Positions 1-12,539 of a stretch of 64,000 bases of DNA are shown one piece after another. This DNA is from Trichoplax sp. H2 (taxonomy: Eukaryota). Under the pieces are notes generated by a model. The model was not told the DNA's origin. It ran no database searches and was given only the letters and a program-made list of their open reading frames with translations. The stretch is from positions 1,178,001 to 1,242,000 of the forward strand of contig NOWV01000001.1 of the NCBI GenBank assembly GCA_003344405.1, given 5' to 3'. Position 1 is the stretch's first letter. Each line of letters starts with the position of its first letter. The position numbers were made by a program, and so were the translations under genes.

Positions 1-1049
1 GGTATCATGTCATTTCTGATTAATGATTGAGTGAATATGTGTACACTGTATCGCATTAAATTGTTTCTAATTTGTTGATAGAGTTCTCGTAACGGTTTTA
101 CCGATTCGCTTGTCAGCTAGTTTATATCATAGTCGAAAATATTCAGTTTATTTTATAAAAGATGATGAAAATTTATTTTAATGATAGTCCGAAATTGTAG
201 CGTCTTTTTGAAGTCTTTGATAATCTGAAAGTGTATCATTGCCGATTTTCGGTTGACTTATTAAATATAGCATCAACTAAATCAATCGCTCAATGTAGAT
301 GACTTGAGTAGGTGTAGTATATATGCAAGTAGTCATGTCCTTTTTTAAAACAGGAAGATTGGTATTTCCATTGGAAAGACATTGCTGACCGCTAGTTTAT
401 TAGGTATTTTTCAAAAGTAGGGATTAAATATACGAATTTCCAGTACACGAGTCCGGCCATTTAGATCACATTACTGACATGTGGCCTAGTAAGAAGAGTG
501 GTGATGCACTTGATTTTCTGAAGTAAAATATTGTCTTCATTTCATATATCGTAAGTCCTACGATCAAACAACTAGGAGAGAGTTCAACGTTTACGAGGGT
601 ATCCATGCAATGGATCATAATTATACTGCTGCATTAACTTTGACATTAATGCATTTATGTAGGAAATCATGATTGTATGGAATGTTTTATCATGGACTAC
701 TGGATATACTGTACATCGATGTATCTAGTAGTTTATGGTTTTATCCTCAGTATGCCTTTACTATCCGATGTGTCAAAGCCTGTGATTGTGTAAGTTTTCA
801 TTAGCTTAGTAATTTCTATACTGTATTTACCACTAGTATGCGGTTGATTCATTCATCATTATACATAACATATAGTATCTACAATATGTCTTAATTAATT
901 CTAACTGTCAGGAACCAACAACAGCTACTGTAATACTGGGGCCGATGTTCACTTCCTGAGCCATACATTAGTGCTGTAGATGATTTATTAGGTCTTAGAC
1001 CAATGGTCATGAGTGCGCTTGAAATATTGAAATAAAATCCTACTGAATA

Positions 1050-1850
1050 TTGCTTATGTACGCGTATACTGTACTATAGGATTAAAGATTAATAAAATTA
1101 GGACTTTTGCCTACCTTTTACGGTTAATGCCCTAATTCATGCAGTTATTAAGGAATCACAAGAGCTGAATGTAATTTCAATTGGAATAAAATCGTCGTCA
1201 ATTCTACCTATATATGACATATGACTATATACGCGTATACTGTACTATGGATCAAGGACATTTCAATTGAAATAAAATCGTCCATAATTTTACACATATA
1301 CACGTACAGTATACTGTACTATACTGTAGGATCAAGGACATTTGCCCATCTTTTACCGTTAATGCTGTATTTCATGCAATTATTAAGGAATGATCAGAGC
1401 TGAATGTCATTTAAACTGGAATATAATCGTATTCAGTTCTACATATATACGCGTATACTGCACTATGGATCAAGGACATTTCAATTGAAATAAAATCGTC
1501 CATAATTTTACACATATACGCGTACAGTATACTGTACTATGCTGTAGGATCAAGGACATTTGCCCGTCTTTTACCGTTAATGCTGTATTTCATGCAGTTA
1601 TTAAGGAATCACAAGAGCTGAATGTGATTTCAATTGGAATAAAATCGTCGTCAGTTCTACCTATATATGACATATGACTATATACGCGTATACTTTACTG
1701 TACTAATGGATCAAGGACATTTCAATTGAAATAAAATCGTCCATAATTTTACATACTGTACTATAGTGTAGGATCAAGGACATTTGCCCATCTTTTACCG
1801 TTAATGCTATATTTCCTGTCGTGGTGAAGGAGTCACGTGAGCAGAATGTG
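1050..1850. repeat. Higher-order tandem repeat, ~220-240 bp period, ~3.5 copies, built from two alternating subunits
   Basis: GGATCAAGGACATTT recurs at ~1249, 1329, 1467, 1547, 1707 and 1771, followed alternately by CAATTGAAATAAAATCGTCCATAATTTTACAC or GCCC(A/G)TCTTTTACCGTTAATGCT. The palindrome TATACGCGTATA occurs at 1228, 1446 and 1681. Confidence 0.9.
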
Positions 1851-1854
1851 ATCG

Positions 1855-2030
1855 ATTGTATACAGTATATTCTACTGTACAGTGTACAGTGTACAGTAGA
1901 ACACAGACACAGTAGACAGTACTGTACTGTCCAATGGCACGGCACACACACTCTTGATACAGTATTGCAGGAAGTCGTTGATAGCGCAGTCAGTAGCCAG
2001 TGTACTGTGTACTGTACTGTACAGTATGTA
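1855..2030. repeat. TACAG/CTGTA-rich array upstream of the first carboxypeptidase gene
   Basis: Runs such as tactgtacagtgtacagtgtacag and gtactgtgtactgtactgtacagt. Confidence 0.8.
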
Positions 2031-2344
2031 TCCAACGCAAGAATGGACACCACTCGAATAAGCTGGGCTGACTCTTCCTACAGTTCGACTCAGTCCGGTA
2101 TGATGGGTGTGGAAGACGCGTCAGTCAATCACAACTCGCTATTTCATGACGACAATAGATCTCCAAAGGAAGTTCCTATTGCTATTGTTCTCCACTTTAG
2201 TTTCTTTTGTCTTACTGGTTGCCTGGTCGATGTTACGGTTGCCCAGTGTCAGCCCATTGCTCGGTTCAACCTTTGTCATTGTATGGCGCTAGACTGCAAT
2301 CACTCTCATACTTGATTCTACAAATTGTAAATCATCAATTGATG

Positions 2345-3130
2345 ACTGCAACAACAAATATTGTAGACGAATTGTGAATTTCCATCAAAGTTGACAGCCA
2401 ACGTAGGAAAAGCGACATGGTTGATTTCAACTGACAGTTTCGATCTCGTCCAATGAACGATTGAAGTTGATTATCCACAGTTTTCTACCTACGCAGTTAT
2501 CGCAAGTTCATCGATCTTGTGCGTTTATATAAACAACATTGCTGGTGATTCCAAATCTTTAACCAATTGTTAACGTTCATTAGGGTGGACAAGCGGTGTG
2601 GAAAAACGACTTGGCTCATTCCAACTCCATATTTTGATCTTGCTAAATCAACTATTGAAGCTGGCTATCCATACTTTTCCACCAACAGAGTTAGCGCATG
2701 GTAATCAATCTTTTACGTGTATAAGTAGCATTGTTGGTGATACCAAAATCTTCAATTAATTGTCAACATTCATAAAAGCGGACAGTCAGCATAGAACAAC
2801 CACTCCACTGATTCTAGCTCAGTATTAAACTCTTACCAAATCAACCATTGATGTTGGCTATCAACAGTTTTCAATCAACTGAGTCATCGTAAGACAATCT
2901 ATCTTATAATACGTCTATAAACGACATTGTTGGTGATTAGAAATCTTGCAGAATTGACAAATTGTCAACATTCACAAGGGCTGACACACAGTGTAGAAAA
3001 GCGCCTTGGCTGATTCCAACCCGGTTTTGAAATCTTCTCAAATCGATTGTTAAAGTTTACTATCGAGAATTTTCTACTGACAGTACTGGGTTATCGTGGG
3101 GGTAATCGATCTTTTATATAAACAACACAG
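2345..3130. repeat. Degenerate ~190-200 bp tandem repeat, about 4 copies
   Basis: ATAAACAACATTG(C/T)TGGTGAT...AATCTT...AATTGTCAACATTCA-like blocks begin at ~2529, 2721 and 2917, with a partial copy at ~3118 and a more diverged copy from ~2345. Confidence 0.8.
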
Positions 3131-3261
3131 TCGGTATTGAAAAACTTGACAAAATTTATCCTTCAAGTTGAATCTGCCTACTCCAATTCAAAAAAAAAAA
3201 CTCCACGCTTGACGATATCATCAAATATTTATATTGACTGGTGACCAACAAGGAAAGAAAA

Positions 3262-4728
3262 ATGGAAGACGAACTATTAGATGAAACACAACATGGAGGT
3301 AAAGTGGCGTTAGAATTTGTCCAGAAAAAGCGATTCTCATCCAAAATCTATGCGGCTATCGTGGTTTTTGTAATAGCAGTAATTTTAATAGCAGTCTTAA
3401 TCACTCTCTTTGCTACCGGTGTCATCGGCGGCAACAAGGCTCAAACTCCAACCAATGTAACCAATGTTACTATCAATGGTGTACCAGGAGAACGCTGGGA
3501 TTATGTCACCGTTCGACCTGGAGCGCATATGTTCTACATGTTTTATGGCTCAACAAAGACAACACCTTCACGCGATCAGTTGCCTTTAATCCTATGGTTG
3601 CAAGGTGGTCCGGGTGGATCGTCCACTGGATTTGGTAACTTTGCAGAAATTGGCCCGTTAGATATTAATCTGAAGCCAAGGAAATCTACTTGGCTATCGC
3701 GAGCCAACTTATTGTTTATAGATAATCCTGTAGGTACTGGATGGAGTTACGTTGATAATTCCTCCTTGTATACCACCGATGTGGATCAAATTGCTTCCGA
3801 TCTCGTCGTAGCTATCAAAGTTATATTCAATCAAATTCCTAAAATGAGAAAAGTACCATTCTATATTTTTGCTGAGTCGTATGGTGGAAAGATGACTGTA
3901 GCATTTGCAATCCAATTGAAAAAGGCTATTGCTTCCAATAGTATTCAATGCAATTTTCATGGAGTAGCCCTTGGAGATTCATGGATATCACCTTATGATT
4001 ATGTTAACACTTGGGGACCATACTTATTTGCTTTATCGTTATTGGATAAGAAGGAAGAAAAATCGGTCCAATATTACTCATCCTCTATTGCACAAGCAAT
4101 GAAAAATCAACAGTATCAAAATGCTACTAATTTGTGGCGATCAGCAGAACGATACATAGAATTGGTAACTGGGAATGTCAATTTTTACAATGTTTTATCG
4201 CATCGCTACCGTTTCTCCTCTAAAAAACGAGAGCAGTCGGAACAAGAAAAACTTGAAGCTTATTATCATTCTAGAGTTCGCCGATCATCGGGGCGCACAC
4301 TTTCTTCAGTCATGAATAGTGATGTCAGGAAAATGTTAGGAAGTATCATTCCTTCTAATGTTGTATGGGCTGGCCAAGCAAATCAAGTCTTTGCATATCA
4401 AGAAATTGATTTTATGAAGCCAGTGATTGATAGAGTAGATGAGTTGTTAAATATGAATGTTACTGTTGCCGTCTATAACGGCCAATTAGACGTTATATGC
4501 GATACCTTGGGTACGGAAGCTTGGATGGCAAAATTAAAATGGAAAAATTTGCAAAACTTCCAAAGTGCTAAGAAGCACATTATGAAATTAAGCAACAAAT
4601 CAGTTGCTGGCTTTTATAAAAAATTCAATAATCTGTCCTTATTTTGGATACTGAAAGCTGGTCATATGGTACCCATTGATGCACCTGACGCTGCACTACA
4701 AATGGTAGATACCATACTCACATTTTAA
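3262..4728 (+). CDS. SCPEP1: Serine carboxypeptidase (S10), SCPEP1/RISC-like, paralog A; intronless; N-terminal membrane anchor
   Basis: Motifs WLQGGPGGSS, FIDNPVGTGWSY, AESYGGK (catalytic Ser), NGQLDVIC (Asp) and AGHMVP (His). First ATG is at 3262. Hydrophobic segment IYAAIVVFVIAVILIAVLITLFATGVI. Confidence 0.92.
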   Translation: MEDELLDETQHGGKVALEFVQKKRFSSKIYAAIVVFVIAVILIAVLITLFATGVIGGNKAQTPTNVTNVTINGVPGERWDYVTVRPGAHMFYMFYGSTKTTPSRDQLPLILWLQGGPGGSSTGFGNFAEIGPLDINLKPRKSTWLSRANLLFIDNPVGTGWSYVDNSSLYTTDVDQIASDLVVAIKVIFNQIPKMRKVPFYIFAESYGGKMTVAFAIQLKKAIASNSIQCNFHGVALGDSWISPYDYVNTWGPYLFALSLLDKKEEKSVQYYSSSIAQAMKNQQYQNATNLWRSAERYIELVTGNVNFYNVLSHRYRFSSKKREQSEQEKLEAYYHSRVRRSSGRTLSSVMNSDVRKMLGSIIPSNVVWAGQANQVFAYQEIDFMKPVIDRVDELLNMNVTVAVYNGQLDVICDTLGTEAWMAKLKWKNLQNFQSAKKHIMKLSNKSVAGFYKKFNNLSLFWILKAGHMVPIDAPDAALQMVDTILTF

Positions 4729-7700
4729 TAAGAACGACCCTACAATTTCTTGATATACATGCATTTTCTCCGATGTATGTAGTTGGCATAATGCATACAG
4801 TATCTTAACACAGGAGTAGCTTTTAGTAATATGTAGTTTTGCTTTAACGGGTTTGAAGATGATATCCATCAATGGTTTAAAGTACTCACATGTATAAGAT
4901 AGCAAATGCTACTCAAAAATACTTTGGCAATCTTAACTGTGGATACATTTTAAATTATCATAAGTCATTACTGCATGATACGATTAAATTAAACATGATT
5001 TCATGCCTTATTTCTTTATTCTTTATGTTAATATTATTCCTGATTCAATCTATAACATGTTATTAACTTATTCTGTAGCAATTATTATCTTTGCAATTAA
5101 CGAAACATTGAACCATTTGTCATTTTAAAAATATTATTATACTGTAGCTTGATTTATAGGCTATAACCAAATAGAATAGATTTCGTTTATATCGTAAAAA
5201 TTCTTTCTTGTTGTATATATATCAGGAAAATGTTATTAATAAAATTAATTTGCTTGTGATTTAAGACAACTAGAATTTACTCTATCGTTTGTAAAGTATT
5301 ACTTTGTAGCAAGATATCCAACAATAAGAATAAAACTACGTCTCAACAAAAGATGATTTATGAACGTTCTGATTGTATGTATAATAGTTAAAAATAGGGT
5401 TTAGTAGTTTTCATTTCTTTTATTAATAATACTTCATAATCTGCCATGTTATAAGAAATGGTCAAATTCCAGTAAATTCTATCTATAGGATGGCATTGTA
5501 TTATTGACATCATGTTCTCATAGTAGCAAAATCTATTTTTCTTGTTTTTTAATGTATTGCTATCTGGCAGTGGCGATATCTTACCTTTGTAAACGGCATT
5601 TCTATGTAAATCCTCAACAATGGCAATAAAAATCTGTCAACGAAAGACTGCTCTATCCGCATATTCGTTTCCTATAGCTCTCTAATAAAGTAGAGACTAT
5701 TAGATTTCCGCCTGTAACTTAACAACTTTTTTTAATAAAATGTACTAATCGTATACTAGGGTAATTATGGTAATGATACTTATTTTCTCAATTATAGCAA
5801 CTGTAAGATGAATAGAACTAGACTTGGTGATATATCTTGAGATTCGAAGAATTTTTTGCCAAGTAAACCTTAAATAGAATTATGGAGTAGTATCGTTATT
5901 TGAACGGAATCGTAGCAATAAACTTCAAATATGTGTACACCACTACGAGTTTTTGATTAGATTGAATCAATTCTAGCCTACACGACGACAATAATTTCAG
6001 TAGATAAATGCTTCATCGCGCTTTGATACATTTAGAGTATAGTACATATGAACAGGTGCAGAGAAAAAAATAAAGTGATTTCTGTAATATTTATTTAATT
6101 AGTTAATGATAACATAACCAGTATTGGGTGAAATCTTATAAAAATTTAGTCTATTTCTGTTTAAAACATATTGTAACTGCATTATGATTTCCTTTATAAA
6201 ACAGTATTAATTGGCGTCAATTTATGTTTACGTAATTTTAAGGTGATGTGATCCAGGCAAAGTATATTTAATGATATGAATTACAAAGCATGTATGTTTA
6301 ATTTTTCCATAGTTATACAAATTTCTTTTCATGAAATAGTGGAAATTGTTTTAGAGTCTAATTAAATGACTTTGACGAAATATGGTATACCGTAAGTAAG
6401 AAACATCATACTGGAGTAGGTTGCTTTATTTTAAGGCTTTATTTTTTATATAGTATACGTTATTTTCTTCCTATAACAGGGATAATCTCTCATAAATGTC
6501 CATAAAACAGGTTTATTGCTATAGTTCATGATAAAACCAAAGCGACTAGGGTGTATATTTATTTAGTAATAGACTAAAAAATTTAGATCCATTAGACCAT
6601 TAGCAAGGAATACTCTCTTGGCAAAACGGCCATAAACGACTGATAGTAAGTACCCCATAGAAAATACTGTATACTAAGGATTGACTAGATACCAAACCCT
6701 ATTACTGCAAAGGATTACTATTATTGTATACGGAAATGATGTAGAAAATTAATTTTTCTAAATATGAAGCAGACATTACCTGTATTTGTATATTTATTAA
6801 AATGATACAGGTATTTATTTCATTCTTATTGACAACAGTACTTATGATACATGATTAAAATCCATAATAGCAGGGAAAATTAAATGAGAATCTTTATATA
6901 ATTTATATGGCTTTAGGATCTTTAATTAATTTATAGTAATACTTATTCATAAATTAGCTTGAAGTAAGGCGATGACAACAATAATAAAAATTTGATGTTA
7001 GTAAATTAGGTTAAAAAGACATTTCATATTGTATATTATTCAATAGCTTTACAATGGACATTCGGCAAATCCTTTTTCCTGTACCATGACTACAAAAGTT
7101 TATGATTAACTTTTGTACAGTTTCAAAGTACAGTCTAAACTAATATAATTTCTTTCTGTATTTCATTATTTAAGAGAATTTTCTCTATAAAATCTAATAA
7201 AGCTTTGAAAATGATTTCAAGTGGCAATATTTCACGATCAATTTATCAATAAATCATTAAACATTAAGAAATATCCAACTGCCAACACTACATCTTTTGG
7301 TGACTTTTATTTATTGTGATAGTTTTGGCATTAATATTGTAGCTTGATAAATGGCCTTGAAATTATTCAGAGTAATAAAATAGTTTAAAATATCGTAAAA
7401 GTTTGAAGAATTATCAGTTATTCTAGCCGTATTGTAATGTTAAAGGCGCATATATTACTATTCTATTAGAAACTGAATTTCTTTGTTCCTCGGCAAAGAC
7501 TTGCGTTTGTTACCTAAAGATAGCTATAGTCTTATTTATTATCTGTCATAAGTAATGGCTCTCTCTCTATATATCTATGTTAACTTTTCGAAATAAAAAA
7601 AAAGATGAATAAAAAAGAGAGCTGCCCTATACATCCTTGCCGCACAGGTTATAAATATTAACTTTTCTATTATATCTTTGACAATCAGTCTTTATTTTAA

Positions 7701-10700
7701 TGGAATGCTTCACACATGCAATGGGCATTATAAATAGATTTTTGTTTATGCTTTATATTCTCTCTAGAATATGAAATACGCACATATATGGATTCATCGG
7801 AATTTCATAGCAAGGATAGTCTACAATCTTACCATTATTTAGTTCATCACCTGTAATACGAGACAGAAGAAATATTTATGTCGCAAACGTTATATTCCGA
7901 TCTCTTATTTTTATTCTATAAAATAGTTCATCATCATGCAGTATTTTACTAATATCTAGTAACTTAAAGCAATTAATGAAACTCACCTAGGGTCCTTTCA
8001 TCCTGCGATATCAGTATGCTAGTCTCTAATACGTACAGCTTCATGCGAAAAGATTTCGTTCTAAGATAGCGGATAAAATAGAGTTAAGATCATATTTTTT
8101 AATTTTTAGCCTTCACTATCATATTTAAAATAGCACTAACTACTTCTTTATTCAGCTTGCATACTTGTAATTGCGATTATTTAATTTCAAGTGCTCCACA
8201 ACTAAATGTAAAATGATATTATTTACTTCTTTACCCAAGTAGTACATTCTTACTCACGAACTATGCATTCTTAGAGATAAATATAATAGCGGTACGATAT
8301 AATCGTTGCCAGTCTGAAAATATTCTATCATAGAATTTCTGTGAAGAATGACCTTCGTTAGTAAAAAACGGGTAGCCAGTTCGAATTAGATAGGATTTTC
8401 TGTATAAATCTATATTGTTTTAAATAAGGCATATTGTCCCTGTAATGGATCCAGCCTTGTTCAGTGGCTGAGTATTTCAGGAAAGAAGTACAGAAGTAGT
8501 AACCTAATTTTAATGCCAGTATATGTAAAGCTAAGGCATACAATAAACCGTATTGAGAAATAAAAGCTGATAATTAAAACTCTTCAGTCAATCTGAATGG
8601 CATAATACTGGATTTCTATTTATATAAATACTTTCGTATCTGGTAAACCAGTTCGCAGTCGATGGCTGTAATTTCAATGAAAGGAACGTAAAATGCTTCA
8701 TTTTTGTAATATGTAAAGCTGAAAGTTATTCTATGGATGTTATTGAAGAATTGTGAGCATTGCGCTATTTACTTCTCAGTTATATTCCTTTCATTAAATT
8801 ATATGAAAGAAATAGTCTTGCTAATAATGATATCCTACTAGGAAAGAACATACAGACAGTTTTATTCGTCATTTGTAGTCGAATTTCATCGCTATAAAGT
8901 TGGAATACATTCTGAGTTGAACAGTTTCACGTTGCATTTTAAATTCATATCTTTTTTGGGGTACTCTTTATAAATTAGGCGTCATTAAATTACGAGTAGA
9001 TTTAAAAGATGTTATAGACTTACAATGCCCTGTACTTTATTCGCTATTAATGGTCTATTTGCAAATGATGCACAATTTCTTATGGAAACTCTATATAATC
9101 AATCCTTCTCTAAAGTGCTTAGCTTCATCCATTACCGGTAATGCCTTATAGTGTGTCTATACGACTTATTTTTCGAAAATTCTGGACAAATCATATTTTT
9201 TGCTAACATTACGGTAACGTTAGCTCTAGCGATGTTGTTGGCATTGCTGTTTAGGTCATTCTATGATTAAAGGCTAAAAATCGAATACTTGGTGTTGATT
9301 CCATACAAATATCGGAATATTTAATTAACGTAACACCAAAAGGATTAATGTAACATTAGTAAAAATTTTTAATAGCTAAAAGGAAGTATGATAGCCTTTA
9401 ACTTTTGATAGTCACACTACAGAATTTCTTCATAAGGCTACTTATAACAATAAAAACGGAAACACAGTTTACAGCGGTTACAATGTTAGAGTAAATTCTA
9501 AAATTTTTAGTTTTCATCTTGACATTAGATCGAATAGCTTTGAAATGTTTTCAGTTTATTCCATAGAATTTTAATGCTTAAATTTTAGGATCATTTTCTA
9601 GCAGCAGAAAAACGGGTTGGTATTGCTGGTAATTTTTAGATTACACTATCAGAATTTACTGCCCAAAATCACTGATAGTTTTCAGTAGCATTAAGGATAG
9701 GATTACAACTGCCAATTTTGGCTATAAAATTAAGGTTAAAATCATTATTCGGAGTAGTTGCAATAACGAAAAATAATTTCGATTTGCTATGATATTAAAG
9801 TGATTAAATCATACAGATTGAATATTTTCAGATTATTTCAATTAATATTTAGCATCTCAATTCAAATCCACACCGTTTTCAGAAACATAAAATAGTGACC
9901 AATATTAAGACTATATTATCATAAACGGTATTATAACTTCTTACAATAACGGACCAAAGAAAACTTCTAATTTACTATAGCGCTAAAGCAATAATATTGT
10001 ACCGACTCAGATAGTCTCTGATTCATTAGGATATAAATTTCAAAACTATATCTTAAAGCAATCCTACTTTCTGCTATAAAAAATTGGATCGTTGTGATCA
10101 TTGAGCTGAAATAAAGGAACAAAGAAAGTTATTAATATCATTTATCACCATAAGAATAGATTTCCATATAGGGAATATCCTTGCAAAACTTTAAAAAAAA
10201 TAACATATTTTCATTCTAGCAGCATTGGCTATAGTACAAATAACGCTATTATACCGATTGCAAATGTAAATACTTTAAGAAAGGCAGTGAAAAATTAAAA
10301 ATTTTCCTTCAATGCCCGACATTTTTCAAAATGTGAATTATTTACTTGATCTATTGTCCGCTAGGCGAGTTTCTAGTATGCATTAGCTAGTCTTTAACGT
10401 GTTCATCGAGATTTTATCAACCTATACACTGGCTAATTGATCATGAGGATATTTGATTAATTTAATTTTCTTTTTGCTGATTAAATATTATGACTAACCC
10501 CGTGGCGACCCGCGAATACTTATGGATAACTGAACACGCATGTCTAAAATTCTCAATTTATAATTAAAATTGAGCAAAATCTTTTATTCCAAATTTGTCA
10601 AGAATAAAGAAAAGTGCTATTCATCTTGACTGGATTTAAATTGATTGAAGCGATCACTGAAAAGAAAGTAACTCTTCAAAATTGTTGGCTATCAACATTA

Positions 10701-11165
10701 TTAGAAAGACTAAAAATAAATTATAACGTTCCAGCAATATTTCAACTTCTTTACTAAATAGAAAAGTAAAGTACAGTATTTTTGATTCTTATTTTTAGAT
10801 TTTATTTTCTCCTAACTAATATCAAGTTGATTTCTAGTTTATAACTATCACATAGCTTATAACCATCCTTATCGATTAAGATTTGGATAAGGAAAATAGG
10901 AGTTAAATACCCTATACGTATCTATTCAATTTTGATCTATTTCGAATCTACTGCAACGGTATTGAAGTTCTAATAAACTGCGCACTTTCGGTTTGATCTA
11001 CTTTACAAATTTGATATAGTGATCATTTTCTGATTAAATTATTGACTAACGAAGAGATTTTCCTGTTTACTGATAACACGACAGATTAAAGATTACTTTA
11101 TTTTACAATAGAAATTGAAGATTTAAGTTTAAAATAGCGAAGATTGACAATCTTAAAATGTTAAC

Positions 11166-12539
11166 ATGCTGTTAAGACATCAAAACCCCGCTAAGGTTAT
11201 TTATAAGGCAGTCCAGTTTCTCCTTGCGGTAATTACTGTTGCAGCAAGCATACGTGCTGGGACTCCAAATATCGTGAAGGAAGGTGCGGACACATTGGTC
11301 AACAAAAATACTCATATTCCTACAGATTTACTTGGCAAGAAATGGTCTTATGTAACTGTTAGACCAGGTGTGCATATGTTTTGGTGGTACTATCCATGCA
11401 GAAACAGTTTCAAGACCAAAAGCCAACAAATACCATTAGTGATATGGTTACAAGGTGGGCCAGGAGAAGCTGCTAGTGGTATGGGAAATTTTTTAGAAAT
11501 TGGTCCGTATGATATGCATTGGCGTACTCGAAATACAACTTGGGCCAATAAAGTTCATTTATTATTTATTGATAGTCCTGTAGGGACAGGCTTTAGCTAC
11601 GCTGATAATTTATCGTTATATGCACGAGATGAGCACCAAATTGCTACCGATTTATTCTCAGTATTAAGAGATTTCTATAGCGCAGTACCAGATATGCATC
11701 AATTGCCCTTGTACATCTTTGGCCAGTCCTACGGTGGTAAAATGGCAGTTTCATTTGCATCTTTACTAACGCAAGCCATTGCTGATACTAGAATCCAATG
11801 TAATCTTACTGGAATCGGCCTATTCGATCCATTAATATCGCCTATAGATACTGTGACATCCTATATTGATTATTACAAAGCTTTCTCTTTAATGGATGAC
11901 AATGAAGCTAAATTGGCTCATGAATACGTTTATAAAATTACCCAATTAATCAATAAACAACAATTTGATCAAGCATCCACAACTTTAATACAATTGCTTA
12001 CGTATATCGTAGATGCTACTGGTCTAGTTGATGTCTATAATGTACTTCGACATGTTGATCATAATCCATTTACACCATCTCATCGTATCAACAATAGTAG
12101 TGAAGAAGTATTATTATCACAATTGATGAATGGCCCAATAAGGAACGCATTAGGCAACATACCTCAAAATTTAACCTGGTATCCTGGCAATGGTCAAGTC
12201 TATCAAATATTAGGAAACGACATCATGCAATCAGTTACCGATAAAATAGATGGCCTACTAAGTGATAATATAACAGTTGCTGTCTTTACTGGCCAATTTG
12301 ATGGTTTAACTAATACCATCGGCACACAAGCATGGATAGATAAACTAAAGTGGTCAGATTTGTATCAATATCAGCAAATTGATAAAGTACCAATATATGA
12401 TCAGGATAATATCATAGCATTTACTAAGAACTATAAGCAATTTTCCTATCATTGGATACTAAATGCTGGCCATTATGCAATTAGAGACGCTCCTGATACT
12501 ACATTTACACTTTTCCAAAAAGTTATTGGTGTTCTTTAA
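11166..12539 (+). CDS. Serine carboxypeptidase (S10), SCPEP1-like, paralog B; intronless; probable signal peptide
   Basis: Motifs WLQGGPG, FIDSPVGTGFSY, GQSYGGK, GQFDGL and NAGHY. Colinear with paralog A. Confidence 0.9.
   Translation: MLLRHQNPAKVIYKAVQFLLAVITVAASIRAGTPNIVKEGADTLVNKNTHIPTDLLGKKWSYVTVRPGVHMFWWYYPCRNSFKTKSQQIPLVIWLQGGPGEAASGMGNFLEIGPYDMHWRTRNTTWANKVHLLFIDSPVGTGFSYADNLSLYARDEHQIATDLFSVLRDFYSAVPDMHQLPLYIFGQSYGGKMAVSFASLLTQAIADTRIQCNLTGIGLFDPLISPIDTVTSYIDYYKAFSLMDDNEAKLAHEYVYKITQLINKQQFDQASTTLIQLLTYIVDATGLVDVYNVLRHVDHNPFTPSHRINNSSEEVLLSQLMNGPIRNALGNIPQNLTWYPGNGQVYQILGNDIMQSVTDKIDGLLSDNITVAVFTGQFDGLTNTIGTQAWIDKLKWSDLYQYQQIDKVPIYDQDNIIAFTKNYKQFSYHWILNAGHYAIRDAPDTTFTLFQKVIGVL

Noticed and set aside
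350-960. Possible plus-strand exons (acceptors near 353, 662 and 911; donor GTAAGT near 790)
   Set aside because: Splice-like signals exist, but I could not assemble a phase-consistent, recognisable protein.
1050-1850. CRISPR-like look of the recurring GGATCAAGGACATTT
   Set aside because: The intervening sequences are themselves repeated, the context is eukaryotic, and there are no cas genes.
1703-2053. Tyr/Cys/Thr/Val/Gln-rich ORFs here and at 22887-23162, 31129-31629, 47410-47667 and 47997-48493
   Set aside because: They are translations of the stop-poor TACAG/CTGTA arrays, not plausible proteins.
4729-11165. A third carboxypeptidase copy or a transposon between the paralogs
   Set aside because: No S10 motifs, long ORFs or terminal repeats were seen; it appears to be AT-rich intergenic DNA.
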